A DNA stretch of 64,000 nucleotides from Pirellulales bacterium (GCA_963733035.1 CAVTBU010000007.1:352001-416000), one strand, 5' to 3'; shown: positions 51,838 to 63,369, counted from the stretch's first letter. Numbers and translations: made by a program. Notes: a model not told the origin generated them from the letters alone.

Positions 51838-53799
51838 CTATTGAACGGCCGCTTCGCTCGTGTTGCTGGTGAGCGTCTCCTCGGTTTCTTCCGCCGCTGG
51901 CTTGCTCGGTTGCACTTCCTTGGTCAGCGTGAAACCGGTCAACAGCCAGCCGGACTTTTCGGTGGTCATCGTCATGCCGGCCGGACCGAGATAGCGGCGT
52001 ACCATGTCGTAGCTCGGCAGTTTACTGCCGTCGATTCGTTGTGCCCGAAGCACGCCTTCTTTCTCTTCACCCAACAGCGAGTTCAGTAGTTTGCCAATCA
52101 TCGACTCGCTCTCGGGCATCTTGCCGGTTCGCAGCAACTCGTAGGTGCCGCGGTAGGCTTCGTCCGTGCGGGTGAACGCCTGACCGAATTGCTCCGGCTG
52201 GGCAATGGCCGTTAGCTCACCCTGCACGCGGAGGTAATCGGCACTGTTGGCCAGCTTCGGACCATTCTCGAACTCCGTTAGGATTCTGGTCAGAATGTCG
52301 ATGTGGGTGGCCACGAAGAGCTGTCCGTGGGCGACGGTAACGGCCGAGTTGGGAGGCAGTGCCCGTTCTTCCTCGACTTCGTCGGTGTTTTCGGCGGGGA
52401 GATCGAGCGGGCTGTTTTCGATGGTGATCATCGGCAACTCCGCCTTTTCGTCGACGATTTCCCAGACGACGTGGCCTGCGATTTCGCGGCGGCGCGTATC
52501 GGGGTCGGTCTCCATCCACTTCTTAATCACCTTGGCCAGGTGCACTTCGTCCTTCGCCTCCACGGCGAACAGCATCCTCTCGCTCTTGGGAGTGATCGGT
52601 ATCTGCAGGTCTGAGATCACCGTAATGCGATCGCCAAGATAGCCGATCAGATCCTTGCGAATGTCGATTTGCGGGCCGTTCTCGTCGGTTTTGATGGATT
52701 CGAGCACGTCTTCGAAGACCTCGTCGCCCACGATCTGGTTGACCAGGGTCTTGGAGTTTTCAAAGGCATTCTTGGTGTCGAGATTCACCGCGGCATAGGT
52801 GGCCAGATCGCGGGGCACCCAATTCGGCGGCGTGAATTTTCCACCGTTGGGAAACTTCAGCATCCGGGCCGAAAGCTCGAAGCGCTCGCCCCCTGCCTGG
52901 CTTCCTGGTGCATGAATATACGTGCGGTGCAGCAGCTCGAATTTATCCGTCGACAAGTTGACGAAGCCACCAACGCCCTCGATCGCCGTGAAGCCTTCAG
53001 CTTTGAGAATCTTCAGCATATCGGTGCCGCGCTTCTTGGGCTGGTTGAGGCGCGTCGCGTCGGCATAGCCAAACGGCTCGAGGAACCATCGGGCCTGTGG
53101 TTCCAAACCGCCAGCGGCTTTCTGACAGCGATCCATAATTGCCCGATAGGCAGGCAACGAAGTCAGGGCGTCGTCCTGGCCGCCGCCAGCCTGACGCGAG
53201 AGAATGTCTTCGATTACCTTCAGGTCGTCCGAGGCGGCCAGCAGGTCGTCCTTCACGAAATAGGCGACTTGACGCGCCGGGACGTCGTCGTGTTTCGGCG
53301 TGTCATAAATAACAACCGTGGCCCCGTGAATCGTGCGCTCGCTGCGGGTCGCCTTGCGGGCAGTCATGTTGTCGTCGATTTTGGACAGCAGCCGGCTGGT
53401 GGCACCTTCGTGGCCGGTGACGTCGGCCAACACGACGACCGCGTCGCTGGTTTCGCTGAGCAGGAGCAGCCCCAGCGCTACTTCACCCGAGGGGACACCG
53501 TCGAGATCATCCCAGCCGATCCCCAACTTTTCGTGCGTTTTGGTCCACTGCTCGCTGAGTTGATTCTTGAGGTCGTCGACAAACGGCTTCATCGCCGGGT
53601 CGGCGGCCAGCTGGCCCAGCTGCGTTTTGTCGAAGGCTGCTTCGAACTCATCCACGTCGGCGATTGACAGGTAGGCTTTGGTGGTATTGGGCAGGAGAGT
53701 TTCCGTGGGAGGGACCGCGGCATAGCCGACCACCTGCGTGCAAACGACAAGAAACAGGCCGGTACACGAAGTCCAACTGAGGCGCGCCACGATAGTCAT
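51838..53799 (-). CDS. Secreted DUF3352-like hypothetical protein
   Basis: AAGGAG RBS, signal peptide, ETLLP...; 653 aa with host codon usage. Confidence 0.6.
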   Translation of the reverse strand: MTIVARLSWTSCTGLFLVVCTQVVGYAAVPPTETLLPNTTKAYLSIADVDEFEAAFDKTQLGQLAADPAMKPFVDDLKNQLSEQWTKTHEKLGIGWDDLDGVPSGEVALGLLLLSETSDAVVVLADVTGHEGATSRLLSKIDDNMTARKATRSERTIHGATVVIYDTPKHDDVPARQVAYFVKDDLLAASDDLKVIEDILSRQAGGGQDDALTSLPAYRAIMDRCQKAAGGLEPQARWFLEPFGYADATRLNQPKKRGTDMLKILKAEGFTAIEGVGGFVNLSTDKFELLHRTYIHAPGSQAGGERFELSARMLKFPNGGKFTPPNWVPRDLATYAAVNLDTKNAFENSKTLVNQIVGDEVFEDVLESIKTDENGPQIDIRKDLIGYLGDRITVISDLQIPITPKSERMLFAVEAKDEVHLAKVIKKWMETDPDTRRREIAGHVVWEIVDEKAELPMITIENSPLDLPAENTDEVEEERALPPNSAVTVAHGQLFVATHIDILTRILTEFENGPKLANSADYLRVQGELTAIAQPEQFGQAFTRTDEAYRGTYELLRTGKMPESESMIGKLLNSLLGEEKEGVLRAQRIDGSKLPSYDMVRRYLGPAGMTMTTEKSGWLLTGFTLTKEVQPSKPAAEETEETLTSNTSEAAVQ

Positions 53800-54297
53800 C
53801 TCCTTGGCTCGAAAAGAGCAGACGAGAGCTGTTAATTTGGCAAAACGCGGGTAAGTCTAGGCATCGACCGCTGAACTTACTAGATCGGCTCAACCTTCAG
53901 GGCGAATTCATCCCGACGCCCCGGCGAAATCCTTTTCCAGCAAGCAACCTCAACAGAAGCCGTAGATCGTGCAAACTTTGCCCCGCGACCTTGCGGCTTG
54001 GGCAAGATCTTCCTGCAACTTAGCGAATTTGGCAAAAGCCTGCCGCCCCTCTATCGTTAAGAAGCCTGGGCCGAAAAAGGGGAGCGGATGCGTGCGCTTA
54101 GTGTATCGGCCTACCAGGCGATAAAATGAACTCGCCCGGCGCCCCGCGGGATTAAAAAGGTGTTAGACGCGTGGCTGTTACGCACTTTGGACATCGGAAT
54201 TTGCGCAACCGCGAATGGGGGGGAAATGAAATTGGCCCCCTCTTTGCCGCTTGCCCGCCGATTCTGCCAGCACCTGCACCGAATTTGAGAATGCCAG

Positions 54298-55692
54298 ATG
54301 CGTGATTTTTCCAATGAAAACCTCAGCCACGACGCCGTGCACGGCTACATCCCGTTTGTCTCCCGAGCCGATGGGGACGAATCGAGCGAACGGCAGGTAA
54401 TCGACCACCCCTGGGTGCAAAGGCTTCGGCAGATCCACCAACTGCAGACGGCCTGGTGGGTGTTTCCCACGGCAGAGCACACGCGGTTCCAGCATGTCAT
54501 TGGCGTCATGCACCTGGCCAGCCGGGCAGTCGACCGCCTGTACGACAGTTTGCGAGAGGTCTGCCCCGATGTCCCCAGCCGCGGGTACGTCGAATCGTTG
54601 ATGCGGATGGCCGGGTTGTTGCACGACGTCGGACACGGACCCTTCGGGCATTTCCTCGATGAGCACTTCCTGCGTCAACACGGCCTGACCCACGAAACAT
54701 TGGGAAGCACGATCATTTGCGACGAGTTGGGCGACATGCTGCGCCGTATCCGCAAGAATCCCAACAGTCAGCTCGAACCCGGCGAACAACTTGACCCACG
54801 GCAGATTGCCCTGCTGATCACGCGGCCCAAGGGCGAAGCTGCATCCGACGTGCCCCGTTGGTTGGAATTGCTCCGCAGCCTGTTCAGCGGCATCTATACC
54901 GTTGACAACATGGACTTCGTCCTCCGCGATGCCTACATGTCGGGCTATAACTCCCGGGCGTTCGATCTCGAACGTCTGCTGCACTACAGCTTCTTCACGC
55001 CGCAGGGTCTTACGATTCACAGTCGCGGAGTGGCGGCCCTAGTGCGGTTCATGAGTGTGCGGGCCGAACTGTTTCGCACCGTCTATTTCCACCGCACCGT
55101 ACGGGCCATCGACTTGTCGCTGGCCGATCTGTTTGCCGACAGCAAGGACTACCTGTTCCCCGGAAGTCCGTTGGAACACCTCGACGCATATCGCCAATTC
55201 ACCGAATGGTCGCTGCTGGTCGACGTGTCACGCTGGGCGTCGAGCGACGACGCGCGGCAGCGAGCACTGGGTCAGAGATGGCAGGCTCTGCTAAACCGGC
55301 AGATTCCCTGGAAGATGGCCTGCCAGCGCAATCTCGTCTTTGGCGCGGCTGAGACCGAACGCAGCAGCATTTTCGCCCGGGCCGATTTCGTGGAGCGCGA
55401 GCTGCGGGCTCAGCTTCCGCGGGAAATGGGCGACTTGCCGTTGCGTGTCGATTTGGCGCGCCACATCCACCGCCCCGATACGCGCGGTCCGAGCCAGGGG
55501 CAGAACTTCCTCTGGGACCCGGCCCGCGACGAACCTCGTCCCCTTACCGACGATCAACTCTATCGGCAGTTGCCGCTCGCGCACCGCATCTGTCGCGTCT
55601 ACGCCCAAGATCTCTCGCACGCCCCCAGGCTGGCCGCGGCACTTGATAGCCTGATCGGTCCGGGCGGTAGCGACGATTTGACGAATATGTGA
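54298..55692 (+). CDS. HD-domain phosphohydrolase (SAMHD1/dNTPase-like)
   Basis: DAVHG, QRLRQIHQL, HTRFQH, LLHDVGHGPFGH, VDNMDFVLRD, VYFHR. Confidence 0.9.
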   Translation: MRDFSNENLSHDAVHGYIPFVSRADGDESSERQVIDHPWVQRLRQIHQLQTAWWVFPTAEHTRFQHVIGVMHLASRAVDRLYDSLREVCPDVPSRGYVESLMRMAGLLHDVGHGPFGHFLDEHFLRQHGLTHETLGSTIICDELGDMLRRIRKNPNSQLEPGEQLDPRQIALLITRPKGEAASDVPRWLELLRSLFSGIYTVDNMDFVLRDAYMSGYNSRAFDLERLLHYSFFTPQGLTIHSRGVAALVRFMSVRAELFRTVYFHRTVRAIDLSLADLFADSKDYLFPGSPLEHLDAYRQFTEWSLLVDVSRWASSDDARQRALGQRWQALLNRQIPWKMACQRNLVFGAAETERSSIFARADFVERELRAQLPREMGDLPLRVDLARHIHRPDTRGPSQGQNFLWDPARDEPRPLTDDQLYRQLPLAHRICRVYAQDLSHAPRLAAALDSLIGPGGSDDLTNM

Positions 55693-55724
55693 GATGCCCA
55701 ACCCTGCCGCGCCTCGGGCAAAGG

Positions 55725-56054
55725 TCAGTCGTGGTCGGCCCGCTGCCGGAAGGAGTCAAGGAGCCGCCGTACGCGCACGTGATTTTCATCCGTCTGCGCG
55801 ACAACGAGCGACAGGTTGTCTCGGTAAACGCTGACGGCGGCGTTTTTCATCCAGCTTTCCGGATCGACCGTCGTCTTCATCAAAGAAATAAGTATGGATG
55901 GGTCGAAACGTTTTCCGGCATACACGGGCAGATCGGATACGGCATACACCTTGTTGTAGACAATCGGCTCAGCGGGCGCCGCGGCGCGCGATGTGTGCGA
56001 GACCAAAAGTGTTAGCACGAGACAACCGGCCCCAAGAAGACGAACGGAACGCAT
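55725..56054 (-). CDS. Small secreted protein resembling a single secretin N-type (NolW-like) repeat
   Basis: Signal peptide; KVYAVSDL...TTVDPESW...SLVVAQTDENH...LL. Confidence 0.55.
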   Translation of the reverse strand: MRSVRLLGAGCLVLTLLVSHTSRAAAPAEPIVYNKVYAVSDLPVYAGKRFDPSILISLMKTTVDPESWMKNAAVSVYRDNLSLVVAQTDENHVRVRRLLDSFRQRADHD

Positions 56055-56317
56055 GGCGAATTCCTTTCCTAGGTCCCCGAGGTTGATAAATTCGGCGGCG
56101 ACTTCATACCGAAAACCACAAAATCTGGCAATACCTCTGATCCGGCCGCCGGCGGTAGTAACCGGCCCGATCCTGTGCCGAGAATCCGGGTGATTGGCCG
56201 CCGAACCTTGTCGCCTGCGTCCGTTTTCAAATGGTAGGTTTTTTGTGTTGACGATTTGACGAATACGTAAATTTCCAATGCTTCAGCGAAACCGAATTTC
56301 GTCGAGGAAATACGGTA

Positions 56318-56668
56318 ATGAACAACGTGTCTATCGTTCTTGGCATGTCGAATGTCGCCGTCGCGCTGATTTCCATTGCGGTGTCGATTCCCCTTTTGCG
56401 CGGCAGGATTAAGCCGAACGTATGGTATGGATTCCGGTTTTCTGAGTCATTCGAATCCGAAGACGCCTGGTTCGCCATCAATCGCTACGGAGCCGCTCGC
56501 ATGATCCTTTGGTCGATCCCTCTGCTGTTGTTGGGCCTTGCCGCCGGTGTCCTTTCCTTGGCGGACGACACGATATCCGTTTTTGTTATCGCCGGCGCGC
56601 CGTTGTTGATTCTTGTGCCATGCGTCGAGAGCTGGCGTTTCGCCAGACACTACCGTGCTGACGTCTGA
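56318..56668 (+). CDS. SdpI family membrane protein
   Basis: IKPNVWYGFR...AWFAINRYGA. Confidence 0.8.
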   Translation: MNNVSIVLGMSNVAVALISIAVSIPLLRGRIKPNVWYGFRFSESFESEDAWFAINRYGAARMILWSIPLLLLGLAAGVLSLADDTISVFVIAGAPLLILVPCVESWRFARHYRADV

Positions 56669-56802
56669 CATGGGGGCACATGCGTGCGGCATTGGCAATC
56701 ATTCTTCGCAATTGCCGGCAACTATCCCGCGGGCCCCGCGAATGTTAGTCTACCCACTTGGCATTTGATCGAACGCTTTTTTCCACGGCCCCAACAATCG
56801 CC

Positions 56803-58232
56803 ATGTCCGACTCGACTCTTTACGCCAATCCGCTCATCGAACGTTACGCGTCCCGCGCCATGGCGACGCTGTGGGGACCGCAGCGAAAGTTCAGTACCTG
56901 GCGGCGGCTGTGGGTGGCGCTGGCCGAAGCGGAGGCTGAGCTAGGACTGCCGATCAAGCCGGAACAAATCAATGAACTGAAGGTCCACGTCGACGACGTC
57001 GACTTCGCCAAGGCAGCCGACTACGAACGCAGGCTACGGCACGACGTCATGGCGCATGTGCATACCTACGGCGATGCCTGCCCGAAAGCGCGGGGCATCA
57101 TTCACCTGGGTGCTACCAGTTGCTACGTCACCGACAATACCGATCTGATCCTGATTCGCGAAGGGCTCCAGCTCGTGCGCGACCGGCTGGTGTCGGTGAT
57201 CGCCAAACTCGGCGACTTTGCCGAGCAGCATCGCGACCTGCCTTGCCTCGGGTTCACCCACTTGCAGCCGGCGCAACCAACAACCGTTGGCAAACGGGCC
57301 ACGCTGTGGATCTACGATCTCGTGCAAGACCTCGGCGAGCTCGAGCACCGTCTGACCACACTCCGGCGCGCGGCGTGAAAGGCACGACCGGGACGCAGGC
57401 CAGCTTCTTGGAACTGTTTGCCGGCGACCACACCAAGGTTCGCAAGCTTGACGAGTTGGTTTCCAAGAAGCTCGGCTTCGACTCCAGCTACGCCGTTACC
57501 GGACAGACGTATTCGCGCAAGGTCGATGTGCAAGTGATTGACGCCCTGGCCGGAATTGCCGGCAGTGCCCACAAGGCGGCCACCGATCTAAGGCTGCTGC
57601 AAGGCCGCAAGGAAATCGAAGAACCTTTTGAGAAGGACCAGATCGGCTCCTCGGCCATGGCCTATAAGCGCAATCCCATGCGCTCGGAACGGATTTGTGG
57701 CCTTGCGCGCTACGTCCTCAGCCTGCAGTCGAGCGCGGCCGCCACGCTGGCCACGCAATGGCTTGAACGCACGCTCGACGACAGCGCCAACCGCCGGTTA
57801 GTGCTGCCGCAGGCGTTTCTGGCCGTCGATGCCCTGCTGATGCTCTATGAGAATATCGCCTCGGGCCTGGTTGTCTATCCACAGGTCATTGCTCGCCAAT
57901 TGGCCGAGGAACTGCCGTTCATGGCGACCGAGGCCATCCTGATGGCCGCGGTTGCTTGCGGCGGCGACCGCCAGGATCTGCACGAACGAATCCGCCAGCA
58001 CAGCCAGGCCGCCGCAGCCGAAGTAAAACTGAAGGGCGCGGCCAACGACCTGATCGAGCGTCTGGCCGCCGACGCGGAGTTTAAAGGGGTAAACCTCGGC
58101 GAGATGCTTGATCCGGCCCGCTTCGTTGGTCGCGCACCCGAACAGGTCGATGAGTTCCTGGCCGAAGTCGTAGCGCCCATCCGCAAGCGCTACCCAAAGG
58201 CCGGCGCCGGCAGCGTGGAGTTGAAGGTCTGA
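56803..58232 (+). CDS. purB: Adenylosuccinate lyase (1-nt frameshift near 57365, probably an error)
   Basis: [45 protein letters not shown]. Confidence 0.95.
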
Positions 58233-58312
58233 ACGCGACGTTGCGGAATCGCGAACAGAAAGCCCAGGGGAAACTTTCCCTGGGAACTCAGGCGCCTCCT
58301 GCACTTACCTGC

Positions 58313-58828
58313 TTAGATCAAATCCAACTTCCGCGCCGGCCGCTTCTGCACACGGCAGTCGGCACACAGACCGGTGAAGATCAAACGGTGGCCGGTAACG
58401 CGGAAATGATACTGCCGCTCCAGGGCCTCGCCGATCTGGGCCACTTCGTCGCTGTGGAATTCGATCAGTTTGTTGCACTTCTGGCAGTGCAAGTGGTCGT
58501 GTTGTGGGTAGCCGTAATCGTGCTCATAAACGGTGCGTCCACCCAGGTTCATGCTGCGGAGCAGCCCGGCGTCGACCAATTCACTCAACGTGCGATAGAC
58601 GGTGGGACGGCTGACTCGGTGCGCCGCTTCCACGCCGGCCAGATGCATGATCAGGTCTTCGGCGTCGAAGTGGTCGTGACGCTTGAACACCTCGTCCACG
58701 ATGATCCGGCGCTGCTGGGTGGTACGCTTGCCCTTGCTCTGCAGAAACTCCTCGAACCGCTCGCGCGGCGTGAGGGCGACCTTGACGGTCCCCAGCGAAA
58801 AGTCTTGCGAGGAGAAATCTTGCGGCAT
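58313..58828 (-). CDS. Fur family transcriptional regulator
   Basis: RTTQQR, HFDAE, TVYRTL, HDHLHCQKC, GLCADC. Confidence 0.92.
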   Translation of the reverse strand: MPQDFSSQDFSLGTVKVALTPRERFEEFLQSKGKRTTQQRRIIVDEVFKRHDHFDAEDLIMHLAGVEAAHRVSRPTVYRTLSELVDAGLLRSMNLGGRTVYEHDYGYPQHDHLHCQKCNKLIEFHSDEVAQIGEALERQYHFRVTGHRLIFTGLCADCRVQKRPARKLDLI

Positions 58829-59032
58829 AACAGGTGACCAGGGAGCCAGCGACGAAACAAGAGACCAGCTCACGCAAGTCTAGCTGGCAAAACAAGAATC
58901 ATTATTGATTTTAAGGATGGGGTGCAGAAAATCAAGCGGACATGTAGGGTTCGCGCTGAACGGCGTAACAATTCAGGGACCACTGAATGCCGACTGGTAT
59001 TGGGCGGATGTCGAGTTGCCCTGATTAACGTG

Positions 59033-59302
59033 TCATTCCGCGGAAATGGGTGAACAACAGGAACATCCGGCCGGGTGTGCGTCAGGTTTTCCTAGTTGCC
59101 GCATGCTCTCGGGATGTTCGTTCCACCAGCGGTGATAATCGCGCAGATCGGAGCGGAAGAGATAGATCGGATACCAAGGGAAGATAGGCTCGTGAGTTCC
59201 GGTGCCACAACCGACCGGGTCGGCGGCCATGTCGACCAACATGCAGCCACTTTGCGAGACGAACACCGCGCTCATGAGGACTGTCAAGAGTGTCCGAGCC
59301 AT
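59033..59302 (-). CDS. Small putative lipoprotein
   Basis: Hydrophobic N-region plus QSGC lipobox; C-terminal CSCC. Confidence 0.5.
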   Translation of the reverse strand: MARTLLTVLMSAVFVSQSGCMLVDMAADPVGCGTGTHEPIFPWYPIYLFRSDLRDYHRWWNEHPESMRQLGKPDAHPAGCSCCSPISAE

Positions 59303-59411
59303 TGGTGAGTACACGCGCGGCGCGTCTTACTGGTTACTAACCTCGGGCGCGCGAGTACGACATCACGCGCCCCTTCCCTGGAGCGCTTGCAGCATCGTCG
59401 AGACAGATGCT

Positions 59412-59693
59412 TTAGGCGATCTCGTCCAACAGTCGATCGAGGGCCGTGCTCAGCTTGTCGCCGGTCTCGTACGTGCCATTGGCGAGTGCGGCGCGGATCG
59501 ATTCGACGCGATCGGCACGAATATCCGGAATCTCGGCCAACTGCGAGGCAATCTGGCCCGCCTCGGAGATATCAAGCCGATCGCTGGCCGGCTGTGTGCT
59601 CGGTGTGGACGGAGACGATTCGACCGAACGCGCCGAATGCGGACCGTGGATGGACTGAGCGCCGTGGAGTTGCGAAGGACCGTGAATTTGCAT
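59412..59693 (-). CDS. flgM: Anti-sigma-28 factor FlgM
   Basis: GGGAGG RBS; DRLDISE, DIRADRVESIRAALANGTY. Confidence 0.88.
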   Translation of the reverse strand: MQIHGPSQLHGAQSIHGPHSARSVESSPSTPSTQPASDRLDISEAGQIASQLAEIPDIRADRVESIRAALANGTYETGDKLSTALDRLLDEIA

Positions 59694-60431
59694 TGCTTCC
59701 TCCCTTGGCAACCGTACTACACCTTTGGGGATGGGGTCAAATCAGACCGCCAGCCCGGTTGGGGGAGTCATTGCCAATCGAACTTGGATTACTGGGAAAT
59801 GGCCGGTGTTTGTCGTAGCGGACTTAATCGTGCAGTTTCGATTCGCCTGTTCGCCGGGACCGAAGGCTCGAAAGAGCCTGCGAATGGTTAAGAGTGGTCC
59901 GGAGAACCTCCTGGAATCGACACGCTGCTGCAAACAATTGTCCGTTACTCGAAAGCTGCTTACCGGCGCCGCAATCCATGTCTGGGAGCGACCTCGCGAG
60001 CGCGAAAGTGAGCACCCTTTGTATCGGCGAACCGGTGGCCGGTCATTGAACGAAATTGCAAGTCCTCCAACTTCGTATTCTGAATCAGGTTAGTACTTAT
60101 ACGACCTAGGGCGGTCGCCCCGATCAACCGTGCCCCTGCCACGGTGGCAGGGCGTGCTTGGGCGGCGGATTATAGGAACCGGCGGCCCGAGCAACAAGGC
60201 GGAAAGCATCGTGCGGGGTAGAAAGTCGCCTCGCTAGCATGGCTGGAGCCGTCGACAGCCCTCGAACACGCCACTCGAACGGCTGATTGGCGTCGGTGGG
60301 AAAGGTTTTTTCCCACTCTCCGGCGGGAATCTCCAGTTTTTGCTGCCAATGGACGAAACCCCCGTCGCGGGCGGCGGTTGAATCTTTTAGATCCAACCCC
60401 GTCACTGCTTATTGCTTACGAGGAGAATCGC

Positions 60432-61448
60432 TTGTCCAAACCGCACTTACTGGTGGCGGCCCTGGCCGCACTTTTGACGACCGCTACGGGGAGTGCCGGC
60501 GATGCTCCGGCGGGCATCGACGCCCCTGCCCTTTTTAAGCAGTTGGACGGCAACTCCGACGGCGTGCTCGCCGAGGACGAGATTCCCCAAGATAAACGAA
60601 GCCTGTTCGAACGGCTGGTACGGTTAGGCGATGGCAACGCGGACGGCAAACTCTCGGCCGACGAATTTGCCGCGGGGCTGGCGGGCGGCAAGAAGCGGCC
60701 CGCCGCCGCAGGTCCCACCTCGCCGAATGGTCCGGCCAAGGCCAAGCCCCGACGCCCCGGCAAGGCGGAGCGTCCGGGGCCTGGCCGCTTATTTGCGCGG
60801 CTCGATGCCAACCAGGACGGCAAAGTGGAAATCGACGAAGTGCCGGCCGAAGGCCGCGATCGGTTCGCCAAGCTGGTCGAGCGGAATGACAAGGACGGCG
60901 ACGGCGCGCTCTCGCAGGACGAGTTCGTGACCGATAATCCGGTTCGCAACGCCAGTACGACGCGACCGTTGGCCGACCGTGATCCGGCCGAAGTCTTCAA
61001 ATTCATCGATCGCAACGGCGACGGCAAGGTCGAGGCCGACGAAGCCCCCGAAGCCCGTCGCGAGGGCTTGGCCCGCATGATCGAGCGGGGCGACAAAGAC
61101 GGCGACAACGCGCTTTCGCTCGAGGAGTTCACCGCGATTGCCAAGCGAGTGCGAGCCGCACAGGCGCAGCAGTCGGCGGCGAAGCCACAAGCCGCGAAAA
61201 AGAAGAATCCCAAACGGCCCAGTGCCGCAAAGACCGCCAAGAAGGCCAAGCAAAAAGGTGGCCAGGTCGCCGCGATGCCGGCCGGACTGTTTGGCGCGCT
61301 CGACGCCGACCGCGATGGCAAGCTCGATAGCGACGAAATCAGTGCCGCCTCGTCGGTGATCCTCAAGCTCGACAAGGACGGCGATGGCAGCGTTTCGGTT
61401 CGCGAAGTTGCCGCTACCGCCAAGAACAAGAAGAAGAAAGATAAGTAA
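60432..61448 (+). CDS. Secreted multi-EF-hand protein
   Basis: AGGAG RBS, TTG start, signal peptide; eight DxN/DxDG loops; Lys-rich linkers. Confidence 0.85.
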   Translation: MSKPHLLVAALAALLTTATGSAGDAPAGIDAPALFKQLDGNSDGVLAEDEIPQDKRSLFERLVRLGDGNADGKLSADEFAAGLAGGKKRPAAAGPTSPNGPAKAKPRRPGKAERPGPGRLFARLDANQDGKVEIDEVPAEGRDRFAKLVERNDKDGDGALSQDEFVTDNPVRNASTTRPLADRDPAEVFKFIDRNGDGKVEADEAPEARREGLARMIERGDKDGDNALSLEEFTAIAKRVRAAQAQQSAAKPQAAKKKNPKRPSAAKTAKKAKQKGGQVAAMPAGLFGALDADRDGKLDSDEISAASSVILKLDKDGDGSVSVREVAATAKNKKKKDK

Positions 61449-61746
61449 GACCAACGTTCGTCTGCCGCTAATTCGGACGAGCTTTTGCCCGCGAAGCTCA
61501 AAGCTCGTTCGATCCTCTCAGGCATCGAGCCATCCCCCCGGCTTGATGCCTGATTTTTTGCGCTTTCGGCCACGCACGCCGTCGCCCCTGAGTGGTGGAG
61601 CCACGGTCCTCTTTGGGCGGCCGGTTTTAAGGATTCTCCAGCCTAATCAGACCGTTCCCAGCCGTCACCCGGGCGGAATTCAAGGCGCGAGACCGTGCTA
61701 GACTTCCAGAATGGGGTGAGAATTCCCGGCTTCCGGAGAGACCATC

Positions 61747-62733
61747 GTGAGTACGGCCGAACTGGTTGGGCACTGCACGCGGCTGCCTGCCGAACTCGAA
61801 AACCAATTGATTTGCCCGCGATGCCAGTGCCGACTCGAAGTCAGTCGGAGCGAGTGCCGTTGTACGCACCCTGGCTGCGGTGCCACGTACCCGGTCCGAC
61901 AACAGGTGCCCGTGCTCATTAATGAGGCCAACAGTCTCTTCTCAATCGCGGGCATCGTGCGCGGCGAAGATAAGCCGTTTCCCACCGCCCCCAGCGCCGC
62001 GCGGCAGTGGATATCGCGGTTAGCACCGTCGCTGAGCGCCAACGTCAGCAGTTCGCAAAACTACCGTACGTTTGCCCGGGAAGTCCTCAAGCTTTCCACG
62101 CCGGCTCGGGTGCTGGTGATCGGCTCGCGGGTGTTGGGCAGCGGCATGGAGATCCTCGCCGAGCATCCCGATATCGAGATCGTCGAAAGTGACGTCGAAC
62201 TCGGGCCACGCCCCGCCGTGATTTTCGATGCGCACGACATTCCCTTCGAAGATGATTCGTTCGACGGCGTGATCGCTCAAGCCGTACTCGAACACGTAGC
62301 CGATCCGACGCGGTGCGTCGCCGAGATGGCACGGGTGCTCAAGCCGCACGGCGCGGTCTATGCCGAAACTCCGTTCATGCAGCAAGTGCACGAAGGAGCG
62401 TACGACTTCACCCGTTTCACGCATCTGGGACACCGTCGCCTGCTGCGCGACTTCGAGGAGATCGACAGCGGCATCGCTTGCGGCCCGGGCATGGCCCTGG
62501 CCTGGGCGTGGCGGTACTTCTTATTGAGCTTTGCCCGAAACCGCTACTCGCGGACCATCGCCACGGCCCTCGCGCGCGGCACGGGGTTTTGGCTGAAGTA
62601 TTTCGATCGCTTTTTGGCCAAGCGTCCAGGTGCGTACGATGCGGCCTCGGGCTTCTATTTTCTAGGCCGCTTGAGCCAGCACCGGCTGACCGACCGTCAG
62701 CTCGTGCATCTCTATCGGGGTGGCATTCGATAG
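61747..62733 (+). CDS. Class I SAM methyltransferase with N-terminal Trm112-like Zn knuckle
   Basis: LICPRC...C...CGATYPV...VPVL; VLVIGS, DAHDIPFEDDSFD, VLEHV, RVLKPHG. Confidence 0.88.
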   Translation: MSTAELVGHCTRLPAELENQLICPRCQCRLEVSRSECRCTHPGCGATYPVRQQVPVLINEANSLFSIAGIVRGEDKPFPTAPSAARQWISRLAPSLSANVSSSQNYRTFAREVLKLSTPARVLVIGSRVLGSGMEILAEHPDIEIVESDVELGPRPAVIFDAHDIPFEDDSFDGVIAQAVLEHVADPTRCVAEMARVLKPHGAVYAETPFMQQVHEGAYDFTRFTHLGHRRLLRDFEEIDSGIACGPGMALAWAWRYFLLSFARNRYSRTIATALARGTGFWLKYFDRFLAKRPGAYDAASGFYFLGRLSQHRLTDRQLVHLYRGGIR

Positions 62734-63171
62734 GTCGCTCGGCCGGCAGTCGAATCGAGACGTCGGCCACTTGAGGGCCCCCGAGAGTTTTTGGCGCTTT
62801 GGGTGCCCATTTCGTTGGCAATCGAAGAGGCATTTTCAGGACAGGAACCGATCGCGTGGGGAGAATTTGCAACGTTTTGGACGCTCCAAATATTGGGCCG
62901 CCCAACCGACGAATGGGGCACAAGATTGGGAACCTGGCGGCGAACAATTCCTAGAGGCAGCGTGTCACTTAGGACAAATGACGGCAGTTGGCGTGACGGG
63001 GCCATTTAACCCCGCGAACCCGAACCATACTGGGTACTGTCCCGTAACTAGGTGGTAGGGACGACCACCAGTTTTTGGCGTTTGGACCAGGACTTGCAAT
63101 AAGTCGGCTGCCCGAACGCGAGAGTGGTGGATGGAAGCGGTCAAAAAGGACAAGAGAGGAGGCGGACGACC

Positions 63172-63369
63172 ATGACGCACGAATTTCTACCCAGCCCGGC
63201 GTCCAAGAAACAGGATCCAGACAAAATCCAGCAGAACCTGGAATCGTTCGCTACGTTCGACCTTTGGATGGACGATCAGTTGGAAAAGCTGGTCGCCCGG
63301 TGGATCCACGCGGCCGCTCCGAATGCCGAGCGTGCTGCGCTGAAATTCGAACGGTCATTTGTCCGCTAA
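63172..63369 (+). CDS. Small hypothetical protein
   Basis: GGAGG RBS; FDLWMDDQLEKLVARW. Confidence 0.55.
   Translation: MTHEFLPSPASKKQDPDKIQQNLESFATFDLWMDDQLEKLVARWIHAAAPNAERAALKFERSFVR

Noticed and set aside
54298..55692. HD dNTPase as an anti-phage defence gene
   Set aside because: Host-like codon usage and housekeeping neighbourhood; the family is widespread.
56803..58232. purB and the other split genes as pseudogenes or programmed frameshifts
   Set aside because: No slippery heptamers, no further decay, and a shared indel signature typical of sequencing error.
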